Assembly: GCA_965248925.1 (NCBI GenBank)
Contig: CBDFLE010000006.1
Span: forward strand, 480,001-544,000
Origin: Candidatus Multivoradales bacterium
GTDB lineage: Bacteria; Acidobacteriota; Thermoanaerobaculia; Multivoradales; J023
DNA: 64,000 bases
Direction: 5' to 3'
Part shown: positions 39,033 to 49,030 of the stretch, one piece after another
How the letters are laid out: each line of letters starts with the position of its first letter
How positions within the stretch are numbered: position 1 is the first letter of the stretch
Program-made: the position numbers and the translations under genes
Notes under the pieces: model-generated
Seen by the model: only the letters and a program-made list of their open reading frames with translations
Databases searched by the model: none
What the model was told of the DNA's origin: nothing

Positions 39033-39638
39033 TCAGGTGGCCTGCCAGGTTTCCTCCTCGGCGCTCAGGCTTCCGTGTTCAAGCTGTTGCCGGACGTAGA
39101 AGTTGACGCCAGCGACGGTCATCTCGTAGAGATCAATGTGGATACCCTCGCCTTCGATGTTGCGGTACTCGTAGACGCTCCACGGAGGCTCATCGCGCTC
39201 GGCGTAGTGCCGAAAAAGCTCGTAGGGGTTGTCGGCGAGGAGATCTTCGACGGGGAGATCTTTCTCGTCCAAGAGTTCTTCGATCTCCCGGAAAGCGTCA
39301 CGGGCGCGCTCTTCGCCGAGATAGCCGACGACCATCGCCGTCATCGTCTCGATGCGCGAGCGCAGTTCGCCAATCGTGACCGCACCGAGTTCCAGGTCGT
39401 AGTCCTGGGCGTAGTGATCCAGGAGGGTGAGCCGGTGGTCGAGATCCAGATCCAGGATCAGGCATTCATCGACGTACCAATCTTCAGCAGCTTCGCGGCA
39501 TTCTTCGATGGTGGCTTGCTTGTCGAACCGGAGCCGGTCTTGCACCAATTCGAGCTGACGGGCGCAGGCGGTGGCAACGGCTTCCTCAGCTTCAGCGCTG
39601 AGGCGAGAGTGGCCACCGCGAGAAAGGTATTCGGACAT
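39033..39638 (-). CDS. Acidic hypothetical protein
   Basis: 201-aa ORF, element-type leader. Confidence 0.7.
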   Translation of the reverse strand: MSEYLSRGGHSRLSAEAEEAVATACARQLELVQDRLRFDKQATIEECREAAEDWYVDECLILDLDLDHRLTLLDHYAQDYDLELGAVTIGELRSRIETMTAMVVGYLGEERARDAFREIEELLDEKDLPVEDLLADNPYELFRHYAERDEPPWSVYEYRNIEGEGIHIDLYEMTVAGVNFYVRQQLEHGSLSAEEETWQAT

Positions 39639-39676
39639 GGGAAAGGGGGTGAAGGGATGAAAAGCAAAATGAGAGG

Positions 39677-40588
39677 TCAGCGATCCCGCTCAGGAGTCCG
39701 GGAATGCTGTTGTTCGCATTGGGTGCTGTCGGCCAGCGACCTGAGCTGTTCGGGAAGGCGCCGCCAGCCGGCACGAACTCGCTCGAAGGTGTCCGCGAGC
39801 CCGAGAGTCTTGAGGCGGTACTTGCGTCCCTTCACAGACGGGTCGCTGATGCGACATCCTTCGAGGTCTTCGATGCCGATGGTCTTGCCACGCCTGTAGA
39901 GTCTGAGCCCATGGTCCAGCAATCGGCGGTAGCAGTCGGGACCGGAACGGGCGACGGCCAGCTCACTGGCAATCACTTCGCGAATGGTCTCCTTACGGCT
40001 TGGGCTCCGGTCGCCACGCCCAAGGCGACGGCGGCGTTCTTGCTCGGATCTCGTTTCCCGCACTTCCCGGTCGCCTCGTGGCTGCCGTGACCTTCGTGAC
40101 CTCCGGCCTTGCGCCAGGGAGTTGGTGAGGAACGGGTAGCGCTTTTTCTGGTACTGCTCCAGCTCGCGCTGGATCTGGCGGAAATGCTGTTTCGAGAGTC
40201 GGAGCCGCTGGCTGGCGCCGACGTTGTTCGCCGAGATCAACAGATGGACGTGCGGGCAATCGGTGTCGTAGTGCGCCTTGGCGTAGGCGAGGGCGTACGG
40301 AGCCCGGAGATCGAGATAGCGTCGCGTCAGATCTTCCTGAATGGCGGGGGTCAGGGCCGAGCTATCGCCTTCCCCGAAACTCAGGATCTCGTGGTAGAGC
40401 ACGTTCCCGTTCTTACGTGCCGGGAGCAGGTGAGCGTTGGTGTTGAACTCGCCGCGAATGGCGGCAGGGTCGTCTTGGTGGATCTGGAGGTTGTGCAGAA
40501 GCGCGGAGCCGGTCTTCTCCGGTGCGCTGAAATAGTCCAGCAGCTGGCCGAAGGAAACGCTCTTACGCGCCATCGACTTGATCATCAT
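39677..40588 (-). CDS. MOBP-type relaxase
   Basis: LLDYF (catalytic Tyr), YHEILSF, AHYDTDCPHVHLL (HUH). Confidence 0.9.
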   Translation of the reverse strand: MMIKSMARKSVSFGQLLDYFSAPEKTGSALLHNLQIHQDDPAAIRGEFNTNAHLLPARKNGNVLYHEILSFGEGDSSALTPAIQEDLTRRYLDLRAPYALAYAKAHYDTDCPHVHLLISANNVGASQRLRLSKQHFRQIQRELEQYQKKRYPFLTNSLAQGRRSRRSRQPRGDREVRETRSEQERRRRLGRGDRSPSRKETIREVIASELAVARSGPDCYRRLLDHGLRLYRRGKTIGIEDLEGCRISDPSVKGRKYRLKTLGLADTFERVRAGWRRLPEQLRSLADSTQCEQQHSRTPERDR

Positions 40589-41139
40589 GGGGATCTGTTG
40601 AAGAGGAGGAGGAAGACGGGAGAGATTCAAGAACGACGCGGAGCATGGTCACCTGACGCTCCAGCATCACAACCAGTTGGGCACCTTTGCGGAGGTCATC
40701 GTGGGTGAGCCGTTGGTAGGTGCTGGCGCGATCGGCGATCTGGTGGAAGCTGGTACCGACCCGGCGAATCTCCTGGACCATGCCTTGTAGGCGAGATTCC
40801 AGGGATGCTGGTAGGAGCGATTTTCGATCGAGGTACGCCAGCCCTACGTCGCGCAGGAAGGGTGCGACACGGCTATGAAATTGGTTAGCAGCATGCGAGA
40901 TCTTGAAGTACTGATCCGGGTAGAGTGCCTGCACCGACGGAAACCGACCACCGATTCCGATTGAAAGTGACCAGTGATTCCAACGGAATCTGACCATCGA
41001 TTCCGATCGAAAGTGACCACTTTTCCGGGTCGATCGGAATGGGTGGTCAGATTGGATCGGAATCCTGGCCACGGCGGAGTTCGACGGTAGCGCGCTCCTC
41101 ACAATTGGGGTATTCCAGCCTCCTTGAAAGGAGAATTGG

Positions 41140-42714
41140 ATGCCGAGAGTGAGGACATCGATGCGCAAGATACGCGAGGTACTGAGACTGAAATGGCAGC
41201 ATGGCCTGTCGCACCGCCAGATCGGACGGTCGGTTCGGCTGGGCCACGGGACGGTGTGCAACTACCTGCTGCGAGCCAAGGTTGAAGGCCTGAGCTGGGA
41301 GCAAGTAGCAGCTTTGAGCGACGCTGAGCTGGAGCAACGCCTGTACCCTCGGCCGCAGCCGCTTCGGAGGGGTGGTCAGCGAGCCTTGCCCGACTGGACC
41401 AAGGTGCATGGCGAGCTGAAGAAGAAGGGCGTAACCCTGTCGCTGCTGTGGCAAGAGTACCGGGAGGACCATCCTGACGGCTACGGTTTCAGCCGCTTCT
41501 GTCAGCTGTACCGGATCTGGGAAGGGCGCCTGGATGTGTGCCTGCGCCAAGCCTACCGGGCGGGCGAGAAGCTGTTCGTCGACTATGCCGGACAGACCGT
41601 GAGGGTGATCGACCCGGCGACTGGCAAAGCGCGCGAAGCGCAGATCTTCGTGGCGGTGCTGGGGGCGAGCAACTACACCTATGCCGAATCAACGTGGAGC
41701 CAGGGCCTGGAGGACTGGATCGGCTCTCATGTGCGGACCTTCGCGGCTCTGGGCGGGGTGAGCGAGCTGGTGGTGCCGGACAATCTGAAGAGCGGCGTGA
41801 CCAGCCCGTGCCGCTACGAGCCGGAGATCAATCGCACCTACGCGGAGTTGGCCGAGCACTACGGCGTGGCGGTGGTGCCGGCGCGGGTGAGGAAGCCCCA
41901 AGACAAGGCGAAGGTCGAAAACGGTGTATTGCAAGTGGAGCGCTGGATTCTGGCCCGGCTGCGTAACCAGCAGTTCTTCAGCCTGCGAGAGCTCAACGAG
42001 AGCATCGCGAAGCTTCTGGTCGAGCTTAACGACCGTCCGCTGAAGGTGTTGGGCGTCTCGCGCCGAGCGCTGTTCGAGCAGGTCGATCGTCCTGCTCTGG
42101 GTGCTTTGCCGCTCCAGCCCTACGAGCTTGCCGAATGGAAGAAGGTACGCGTTGCCCCGGACTACCACGTCGAGTTCGAGGGCCACTATTACAGTGTGCC
42201 GTACCAGCTGATCAAGAAGCAGCTCGATCTGCGGGCGACGGCGCAACTGGTGGAGGTGCTCGATCGCGGCAAGCGTGTGGCTGCTCATCGTCGCAATCGG
42301 TGTCGGGGTCGGCACACGACCCAGAGCGAGCACATGCCCAAAGCGCACCAGGCGTACCTGGAGTGGACACCGACACGGCTGATCAGCTGGGCGGCGAAAA
42401 CAGGCCAGGCGACGGCCGAACTGGTGGAGACCATCATGCTTAACCGCTCCCATCCTCAGCACGGCTTTCGCTCGTGTCTGGGGCTGATGCGCCTGGGCAA
42501 GACCTATGGTGCCAATCGTTTGGAGGCTGCGTGCCGCCGCGCGCTCGCCATTCACGGCCTGTCCTACAAGAGCGTGAAGTCGATCCTGAAGAGCGGCCTG
42601 GACCAGCAAGCAGCGCCCGAGCCCACCGAAGTGACGGCGCCGATCGAGCACCACAACGTCCGCGGCGCCAGCTACTACAGTGCCGCGCGCCGCGAGGAGA
42701 CGCCGCCATGCTGA
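41140..42714 (+). CDS. istA: IS21 transposase
   Basis: GEKLFVDYAG, VPDNLKSGV, KAKVE. Confidence 0.95.
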   Translation: MPRVRTSMRKIREVLRLKWQHGLSHRQIGRSVRLGHGTVCNYLLRAKVEGLSWEQVAALSDAELEQRLYPRPQPLRRGGQRALPDWTKVHGELKKKGVTLSLLWQEYREDHPDGYGFSRFCQLYRIWEGRLDVCLRQAYRAGEKLFVDYAGQTVRVIDPATGKAREAQIFVAVLGASNYTYAESTWSQGLEDWIGSHVRTFAALGGVSELVVPDNLKSGVTSPCRYEPEINRTYAELAEHYGVAVVPARVRKPQDKAKVENGVLQVERWILARLRNQQFFSLRELNESIAKLLVELNDRPLKVLGVSRRALFEQVDRPALGALPLQPYELAEWKKVRVAPDYHVEFEGHYYSVPYQLIKKQLDLRATAQLVEVLDRGKRVAAHRRNRCRGRHTTQSEHMPKAHQAYLEWTPTRLISWAAKTGQATAELVETIMLNRSHPQHGFRSCLGLMRLGKTYGANRLEAACRRALAIHGLSYKSVKSILKSGLDQQAAPEPTEVTAPIEHHNVRGASYYSAARREETPPC

Positions 42715-43472
42715 GGCACGCGACGCTCGATCAACTCGCCGCGCTCAAGCTCCACGGTATGGCCAAAGCCTTTGAGGAGCAGCTGTCGATGGTCGATGTC
42801 TCAGAGCTCTCCTTCGAAGAGCGCCTCGGGCTGCTGGTCGAGCGCGAAGCGACCGAGCGATCCAGCCGCCGCTTGATAGCGCGGTTGCGAAAAGCCAAGC
42901 TGCGCGAGCAGGCGGCCATCGAAGACATCGACTGGCGAGCCAAGAGGGGCCTGGACAAAGGCCAGATCCTGCGCCTGGCCTCGTGCCAGTGGATCGCCGA
43001 GCATCTCAACGTGCTGATCACCGGCAAGGCCGGGGTGGGCAAGACCTTTCTCGCCTGCGCCTTCGCGCACAAGGCATGTCGGGAGGGTTACACCGCTTTG
43101 TACCTGCGGGTGCCGAGGCTGTTTCGCCAGCTCGCCATCGCGCGGGGTGATGGTAGCTACGAGAAGCTGCTCAAGAGCTATGCTCGCACAGACCTGCTCA
43201 TCCTCGACGACTGGGGGCTGGCGCCGATCGGGGCCAGCGAGCGGCGCGACCTGCTCGAGATTCTTGAGGACCGCTACGGCAACCGCTCCACGCTGGTGAC
43301 CTCCCAGCTACCGGTTGAGAGCTGGTACGAGGTCATCGGCGATCCGACCTTGGCCGACGCCATCCTCGATCGCATTGTCCACGGCGCCTACAAGCTCGCG
43401 GTGGACGGTGACTCCATGCGGGCGAAGAGAGCCGGCGGTATTCGCAAGGCCGCCCAGCGAGAGGCAAGGTGA
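42708..43472 (+). CDS. istB: IS21 helper ATPase
   Basis: GKAGVGKT, LILDDWG, DAILDR, GDSMR. Confidence 0.95.
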   Translation: MLRHATLDQLAALKLHGMAKAFEEQLSMVDVSELSFEERLGLLVEREATERSSRRLIARLRKAKLREQAAIEDIDWRAKRGLDKGQILRLASCQWIAEHLNVLITGKAGVGKTFLACAFAHKACREGYTALYLRVPRLFRQLAIARGDGSYEKLLKSYARTDLLILDDWGLAPIGASERRDLLEILEDRYGNRSTLVTSQLPVESWYEVIGDPTLADAILDRIVHGAYKLAVDGDSMRAKRAGGIRKAAQREAR

Positions 43473-44134
43473 GATCCAAGAGCATGCTGAAGCGATCGCC
43501 GATCCTGACCCATCAGCGGGCCTGCGGCCCGATCCGGACCCGACCCAAGATGGACTGTGGAAGCTGCCGCGGCTGTGGAAATCGCTCTGCGATTCCCACA
43601 GCCGCTTGGAAAACGCCCCCCGGCCACCCACCCGCGTTTCCCACAGCTACGCACAGCCCCGACGACGGGTTATTTGAATACAATCAACCAAGAAGAAGAA
43701 CCGGAAGGAGGGCTCCAGCTACAGCGAAAGTGGACACCTACAACTGAGGAGAGCGCCAGCGTCGCTTCGCTCCGACAAGTGGTCGGTTTCGATCGGAATG
43801 GCTGGTCAGTTTCGTCGGAATAGGCAGGTAGAGATTGCAAGTGATGCGGTGGGTGTAGGTGCCGTGCATATGGAATGAGGGGAAAAAGGACACGCGGCCA
43901 TGAGCGAGCGCCCACGAACACAGCGCACCCTACGTCCCATCGTAGGCTGCTGGAAGAGCCTCGGCTTCTCGGCAGCCGGTTTTCTACGGAAGAGCGGATG
44001 AATTGACGGTGGGAAGCTGACGGGCGGTGGACTGGCGAGCTTCGAGAGACCGCGAAAGAACTACTGTAGCGGCGATCCCGCTTAAGGTTCCATTAATAAT
44101 TCCAGTGCGTCACAGTTCACAGCTGTGTTGTTTC

Positions 44135-44235
44135 GGGGGTCGTGGGGGCAGCGCCCCTACGCAAGATAGGACGCTCTGCGGACGGTGCAATTGGGCGGAC
44201 GAGCTGTGCTCGGCTGCCCAATTGCAATCTTGCCC
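44135..44235. other. Putative oriT
   Basis: Upstream of mobC/relaxase; hairpin CGTGGGGGC..GCCCCTACG next to GCAAGATAG (CTATCTTGC on minus, like MOBP TATCCTG^C), hairpin TGCAATTGGGC..GCCCAATTGCA, second ATCTTGC. Confidence 0.6.
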
Positions 44236-44388
44236 CTGCTTTGCGGGGCCACTGCTCAGTGCTCATTTGCGATTGGGCTGCGCTGCTATGCACGTGCAGT
44301 CCTTGCGCTGTACACTTTCGCTGGCCAGAAGCCGGCAAAGCAGCAGCTATCATTCGAGGCAATCATTCGCTGTCGAGAAGGACGGGCC

Positions 44389-47300
44389 ATGACACCGGAT
44401 TTCACCTACGACGTTTTCTTGAGTCACAGCTCTCAGGACAAGCTCGCCGTGCGCGCTCTGGCAGAGCGATTGCGAGAGGACAGAATAAGAGTCTGGTTCG
44501 ATGAGTGGAAGATTGGCCCCGGCGACAGTATTCCAGCGAAGATCGAAGCAGGACTGGAGCAGTCGCGTGTGCTCGTGCTTTGCATGTCGGACAGTGCGTT
44601 CGGCTCTGACTGGGCGCAGCTAGAGGCCGGCACGTTCCGCTTTCGCGATCCACTGAACAGCGATCGCCGCTTCATCCCGTTGCGGCTCGACGATGCTCCC
44701 ATCAGAGGCTCCCTCGCTCAATTTCTCTACATCGACTGGCGGATTGAGGATCATGAGCAAGCCTACCTCGGATTGCTCAAGGCCTGTCGGGAGACCGAGC
44801 CAGGAAGTGCAACCGACATGCAGGATGAGAAATGGTGGTCGCGCGCGAAGCCACAGGATGTCGCCGCTCATGGGCCATCGAGGGATGACTTCCCTAAGAA
44901 GACCAAAGACACCCTTTCCCGAAGAGTAGGAATGAGGTGCTCCAATCCAGACTGCCGACAAACGACAAGCGGCCCACAATCCGATCCCGACAAAGCCATC
45001 AATATAGGTGTTGCCGCCCACATCACCGCTGCTTCGTCAGGCGGGCCGCGATATGACGGATCGCTTTCAAAGGTAGAGCGTTCTTCGATCCAGAATGGCC
45101 TCTGGCTCTGCCAGAACTGCGCGAAATTGGTGGATAGCGACGTAGGACGATTCACCGTCGAGTTGCTCCAAGAATGGAAGAAGAATGGGGAGAGGTCGGC
45201 TCAACGAGCGTTGGAGACCAGTGCGAGCATTGCTAGCGATATTGGCGATGCCGCCACCGACCGAAAGACGAGTGCTGCGAAAAGGAAGATCGACAAGGCG
45301 CAGGAGCTAGCTCGTTCAGGAAAACTCAGCGAAGCAATAGCGGAGGCTCTTGAGTCCCTCGAGATTGCGCGGAACGAGAACGACGAAGAGCAAGAGGTGG
45401 AAACCTTGCTCGCCTTAGCGCTGCTCTCGTCGGATCGACAAGGGATCGGAGACAGACTTCACTATTTTCAAGAAGCTGAGAAGAAAGTCGACAAGATCAA
45501 GGCACCTGCGGCTAAGGCTATCTACTTGCGCGCGAAGGCAGCAGTTCTGGGTGAGCAAGGCGACACCTCAGGAGCCGAGGCGCTCTACAAAGAGGCGCTC
45601 GACATCTGTTCGAGGGAGGAGGACGACGAGAAAAGAAATCTTGCGACTCAAGCGTGCATCTTGCGGTCAGACTATGTCCATCTCCTTTGCGGTGAGAAGA
45701 GATATGAGGAGGCGGAAGCAGTTCTAAGGGCGTGTGAAGATTATGCGCGCGACAACCGCGATGCTAGGAACACAGAACTCCTTGGGGCGGCGCTGGAGGC
45801 CGGGATACATCTGTACCTCGATACTAAGGACAAGGAAGGAGCCGTGGCCCGAATCGAAGAACTTGAAGCTGCGGCCACCACGATAAGGCTAGCGGATCGT
45901 ATCGGCGGCGAGCTCCTCAATATCGCGAATCACGCGGCCCACAGAAAGATGTATGGCGCTGCCCTTCGCGCGGCAGAAGCGAGCATACGGTTGGGTCACC
46001 GCTGTGATGATGGCAAGTCGCCGGGCTTCCTGATCGGAGCGTTGTATACCGAGGCAATGATCTTGGCGAAATCTGGTGATGAGATGGCGCTAACCAAGGC
46101 CCAAGCAGTACTGAGCGCCTGTTGTAGGCCAGAGGATCAGGCCGTCAGACAAGCGGCCAGCCAGCTGATCGCGGAGATACGACGGACAGCTGGCGATTCA
46201 GAGTCGGCAGTTGATCTCGCGCGCGGGGCCTTAGCGTTGGCCACAGGAGGGCCAGAGAACATCGCTTTCTCGAAGTCTGCGCTGGCCCGAGCGCTGAATG
46301 ACAACGGCCAAACTGAGGAGGCGTTCAATGAGGCGAGCGAGGCGTGGGCGCTACTTGAGCAAGCTAGTATTCCGCCTAAAACGGCACTGGATGTTCTGGC
46401 TCAGGTAACCAACTATGGATCGCAGATCGGCAACGACGCTGGTGTTCGGAGCGCACTCGACACGATCGCTGTGTTACCAGACGAGGAGGGGGAACTCGAG
46501 GAGGAGAAGACCCGTGTCGTCGCGCGGGCGGATGCTAACCGTCAGATTAGAGAGAGGATTCTGGAGATATCAACGCCGTCGAGTTCAGAAGATGGCCCGA
46601 ATATCGAGGCAGGTGTAGCCACTCTCCAGGACGCGAACGCGAGAGTTGTCGAGCAGTTAATCGGCCTTTGGGATGAAGTACCGGAAGCCGCCGGAGGAAT
46701 CTATGACTTCTGGGGTCGGGGCAATTTTGTGCGCCTGCTCGAGAATGCTCGGCGTTACCCAACTAGTTTTAATGTAACAGTCGAGGTGCGCAGTTTAGAG
46801 GACGTGAAACGAGCGATTCGCCTGTGGGGCCTCTACGCTGATTTTCTTCTGCTTCTCTGGAAGGGCGAGTCTCAGAGTGGGCTGGCCATCGTGCCCTTTC
46901 CGCGAGATTTCAAGGGGCCCGGAGGCTGGGGCTACATTGTGGCTATGGGCGACGAAATGAAGGTCGAAGGCTCATCGAAAATATGGCATGGCGCGTTGGC
47001 GCAGATTTCAAGTATCCCGGACGATGTAGCTGCATTTCTTGCAACTGAAGCCCGGCGGTTTGTGGAGACGGGTCGCCTGATTGTCGTGTCGGCTCCAGCT
47101 GTAGGTTGCACCAACCCAGGTCACGGACCGTTTGAGCAGCTGCTCGCTGAGAGTGCAAACGCGATCCCAAGCGTACGCTGGAAGGGCTTTGAAGGTGAGC
47201 CGATTGGTCTTGTGCCGTACTCCCCGAACGCACCGTTGGAACTGCTAGCTGAGCTGACAGAGATCGAGGATGACCGGCTAAGGAAGCTGAGACTTCTTCT

Positions 47301-47709
47301 CGTTGAGCGGAGCAGACAGCTAGTGCCTGGCAATGAAGTGAAGGCCGGTGCAAGAATATTAGCTCTGGAGATTGACGACGCATTGCGTGACCTGACTGAT
47401 AGGACGGATGCCTTCTCTCGTAGGAAGGGACTGGAAAGAGCAGCCGAGCCACTGTGCGCTGGAATCGCCCGCTTTAGACGTGAGGGACTGGCACTGTCTG
47501 ACGAGGCTTCTCACTCCCCATTTGCACCGCTGTTCGTACTCCAGAGCTTAGGATACGGGTGGCGAGTTGACAGCGGGGCGATACCGAAGCCCCCAGGGCG
47601 TTTCCAGCCAGAGTCCGGTGACATCGTTGGGACATGGTTGGCTCCACCAACAGCGGGCTGGACGGTACCTATCATGCGCGCTGTCGATGCCGATGATAGG
47701 GAGACTTGA
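44389..47709 (+). CDS. TIR + HNH-like + TPR + unknown C-terminal domain protein (candidate defence)
   Basis: YDVFLSHS..WFDEW..SDWAQLE (TIR with catalytic Glu); CSNPDC..AAHITAAS.GGPRY..NGLWLCQNCAKLVD; helical repeats. Confidence 0.88.
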   Translation: MTPDFTYDVFLSHSSQDKLAVRALAERLREDRIRVWFDEWKIGPGDSIPAKIEAGLEQSRVLVLCMSDSAFGSDWAQLEAGTFRFRDPLNSDRRFIPLRLDDAPIRGSLAQFLYIDWRIEDHEQAYLGLLKACRETEPGSATDMQDEKWWSRAKPQDVAAHGPSRDDFPKKTKDTLSRRVGMRCSNPDCRQTTSGPQSDPDKAINIGVAAHITAASSGGPRYDGSLSKVERSSIQNGLWLCQNCAKLVDSDVGRFTVELLQEWKKNGERSAQRALETSASIASDIGDAATDRKTSAAKRKIDKAQELARSGKLSEAIAEALESLEIARNENDEEQEVETLLALALLSSDRQGIGDRLHYFQEAEKKVDKIKAPAAKAIYLRAKAAVLGEQGDTSGAEALYKEALDICSREEDDEKRNLATQACILRSDYVHLLCGEKRYEEAEAVLRACEDYARDNRDARNTELLGAALEAGIHLYLDTKDKEGAVARIEELEAAATTIRLADRIGGELLNIANHAAHRKMYGAALRAAEASIRLGHRCDDGKSPGFLIGALYTEAMILAKSGDEMALTKAQAVLSACCRPEDQAVRQAASQLIAEIRRTAGDSESAVDLARGALALATGGPENIAFSKSALARALNDNGQTEEAFNEASEAWALLEQASIPPKTALDVLAQVTNYGSQIGNDAGVRSALDTIAVLPDEEGELEEEKTRVVARADANRQIRERILEISTPSSSEDGPNIEAGVATLQDANARVVEQLIGLWDEVPEAAGGIYDFWGRGNFVRLLENARRYPTSFNVTVEVRSLEDVKRAIRLWGLYADFLLLLWKGESQSGLAIVPFPRDFKGPGGWGYIVAMGDEMKVEGSSKIWHGALAQISSIPDDVAAFLATEARRFVETGRLIVVSAPAVGCTNPGHGPFEQLLAESANAIPSVRWKGFEGEPIGLVPYSPNAPLELLAELTEIEDDRLRKLRLLLVERSRQLVPGNEVKAGARILALEIDDALRDLTDRTDAFSRRKGLERAAEPLCAGIARFRREGLALSDEASHSPFAPLFVLQSLGYGWRVDSGAIPKPPGRFQPESGDIVGTWLAPPTAGWTVPIMRAVDADDRET

Positions 47710-47887
47710 GGGGCGGACAGCGAGTCCTTCTGGAGCGTGTCGAGCCTGGACTCTTCTCTAGCTGGGCGGCGGACGAAGGCTCGATAGTTCAATCTCTGGC
47801 TTCAGGGCTGCCCCTTTTCATGGCGGGTCATTCGACCGGCCGCCGCAGGAGCCCAAAATAGGGAGGTGACTTTCATCCCTACTATCC

Positions 47888-49018
47888 ATGACCTCCGCAT
47901 CACGCCCACGTCTCATCGCCGAGAACCTCACCCAGATCCGCCAAAACACCAACTGGCGCCAGTTCTTCGAAGCCCTGAAGCTCCCCAGAGACCCCAAGAA
48001 ATCCAAAGACCACGACTGGTGGGCCAAGAGCCCCTTTCGACCTGACGAGCGTACTGCCTCGTTCCATATGAACGCTCGCGGCTGGTATTGCCACGCTACA
48101 AGCCAGGGCGGCGGCCCCATCGAATTGGTGCAGCGTCTCCATCCGGGAATGCACTGTTTCGATGCTGGCCGATGGCTTCTGGAGCATGGCGTCAGCCGCG
48201 TTGTATCGGATGTTCGGGAAGATCTTCATCTTCTCGAAGGCGCAGATACCGTTCAGTCCGAGAAGGAGCCCTCGAACGAGCCAGTCCGGCAGGATCTCCG
48301 GAGCCAGCTCTCCGCGAACCACCGGCTCTGCGCCGCTCGGGGCGTCCCTTCCGAGATCTACCGAGAATTGGGTGCTGGCTTCCTGGATCGGCCAATTCGG
48401 AAGAATGGGAGACCCGATCCACTGAACCACCGAATCGTGTTCCAGATCCGGGGACTCAAGGAGAACGAGACCGGAGAGCTTCATGCCGTTGTCCTCGGTC
48501 ATATGGGCCGAGCGACAACAGAAGACCAGGCCGACCGGGATGGCAAATGGTGGACGTATGCAGGATTCAAGAAAAGTCTGGAGCTGTACAACCTCGACCA
48601 CGCGATCCTTGACGATGAGGCCGTTGACCAAGCCAAGGGTACCGAGCATCTTCTCGTCGTGGAGGGACTGTTCGATGTCGCCAGGCTCTACGCCGCCGGC
48701 ATTCGCAACGTGGTCGCTACTTTCGGCGCCAGCCTCAGCACAGCTCAGCTCAGGCGACTCGATCTCATCAGCGAGATGGTCGGTGTCAACCGGTTCATCA
48801 TCTTCTACGATCGAGACCGGGCTGGACACAAGGGTGCCAAGAAGGCTCTTGAGGCGATTACGGCTTCGGGGCTCGGCATTCAGGCTGAAGTCTTCGATTG
48901 GAACCGCGTCTGGGAATCGACCGTCCGAGGTGATGTCGGCATTCCCGCATCGATCACCGATCCCGCCGAGTTCTCCCTCGGGCAGCTTCAATGGCTCCGT
49001 CATGAGGGGATCCTGTAA
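47888..49018 (+). CDS. DnaG-like TOPRIM primase with degenerate Zn-binding domain
   Basis: SPFRPDERTASF..WYCHA; VVEGLFD, YDRDRAG. Confidence 0.85.
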   Translation: MTSASRPRLIAENLTQIRQNTNWRQFFEALKLPRDPKKSKDHDWWAKSPFRPDERTASFHMNARGWYCHATSQGGGPIELVQRLHPGMHCFDAGRWLLEHGVSRVVSDVREDLHLLEGADTVQSEKEPSNEPVRQDLRSQLSANHRLCAARGVPSEIYRELGAGFLDRPIRKNGRPDPLNHRIVFQIRGLKENETGELHAVVLGHMGRATTEDQADRDGKWWTYAGFKKSLELYNLDHAILDDEAVDQAKGTEHLLVVEGLFDVARLYAAGIRNVVATFGASLSTAQLRRLDLISEMVGVNRFIIFYDRDRAGHKGAKKALEAITASGLGIQAEVFDWNRVWESTVRGDVGIPASITDPAEFSLGQLQWLRHEGIL

Positions 49019-49030
49019 CCGTCCTCGCCC

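Larger units (their letters stand above)
40926..43826 (+). mobile_element. IS21-family element
   Basis: Ends TGCCT.. / ..AGGCA with multiple internal repeats; 7-bp TSD GGTAGAG (40919-40925, 43827-43833). Confidence 0.95.
40563..43869 (-). pseudogene. mobC: MobC-like relaxosome protein split by IS21
   Basis: Rejoined frame MHGTYTHRITCNLYP/DQYFKISHAA...EIRRVGTSFHQIA; overlaps the relaxase start. Confidence 0.75.

Noticed and set aside
40926-41075. Repeat cluster (GATTCC..GAAAGTGACC) as a novel array
   Set aside because: These are the usual multiple terminal repeats of IS21 and are mirrored at the right end
43550-43660. CTGTGG/CCACAG palindromic cluster as an independent ncRNA
   Set aside because: Lies within the IS21 3' region; REP-like structure of the IS with no independent support
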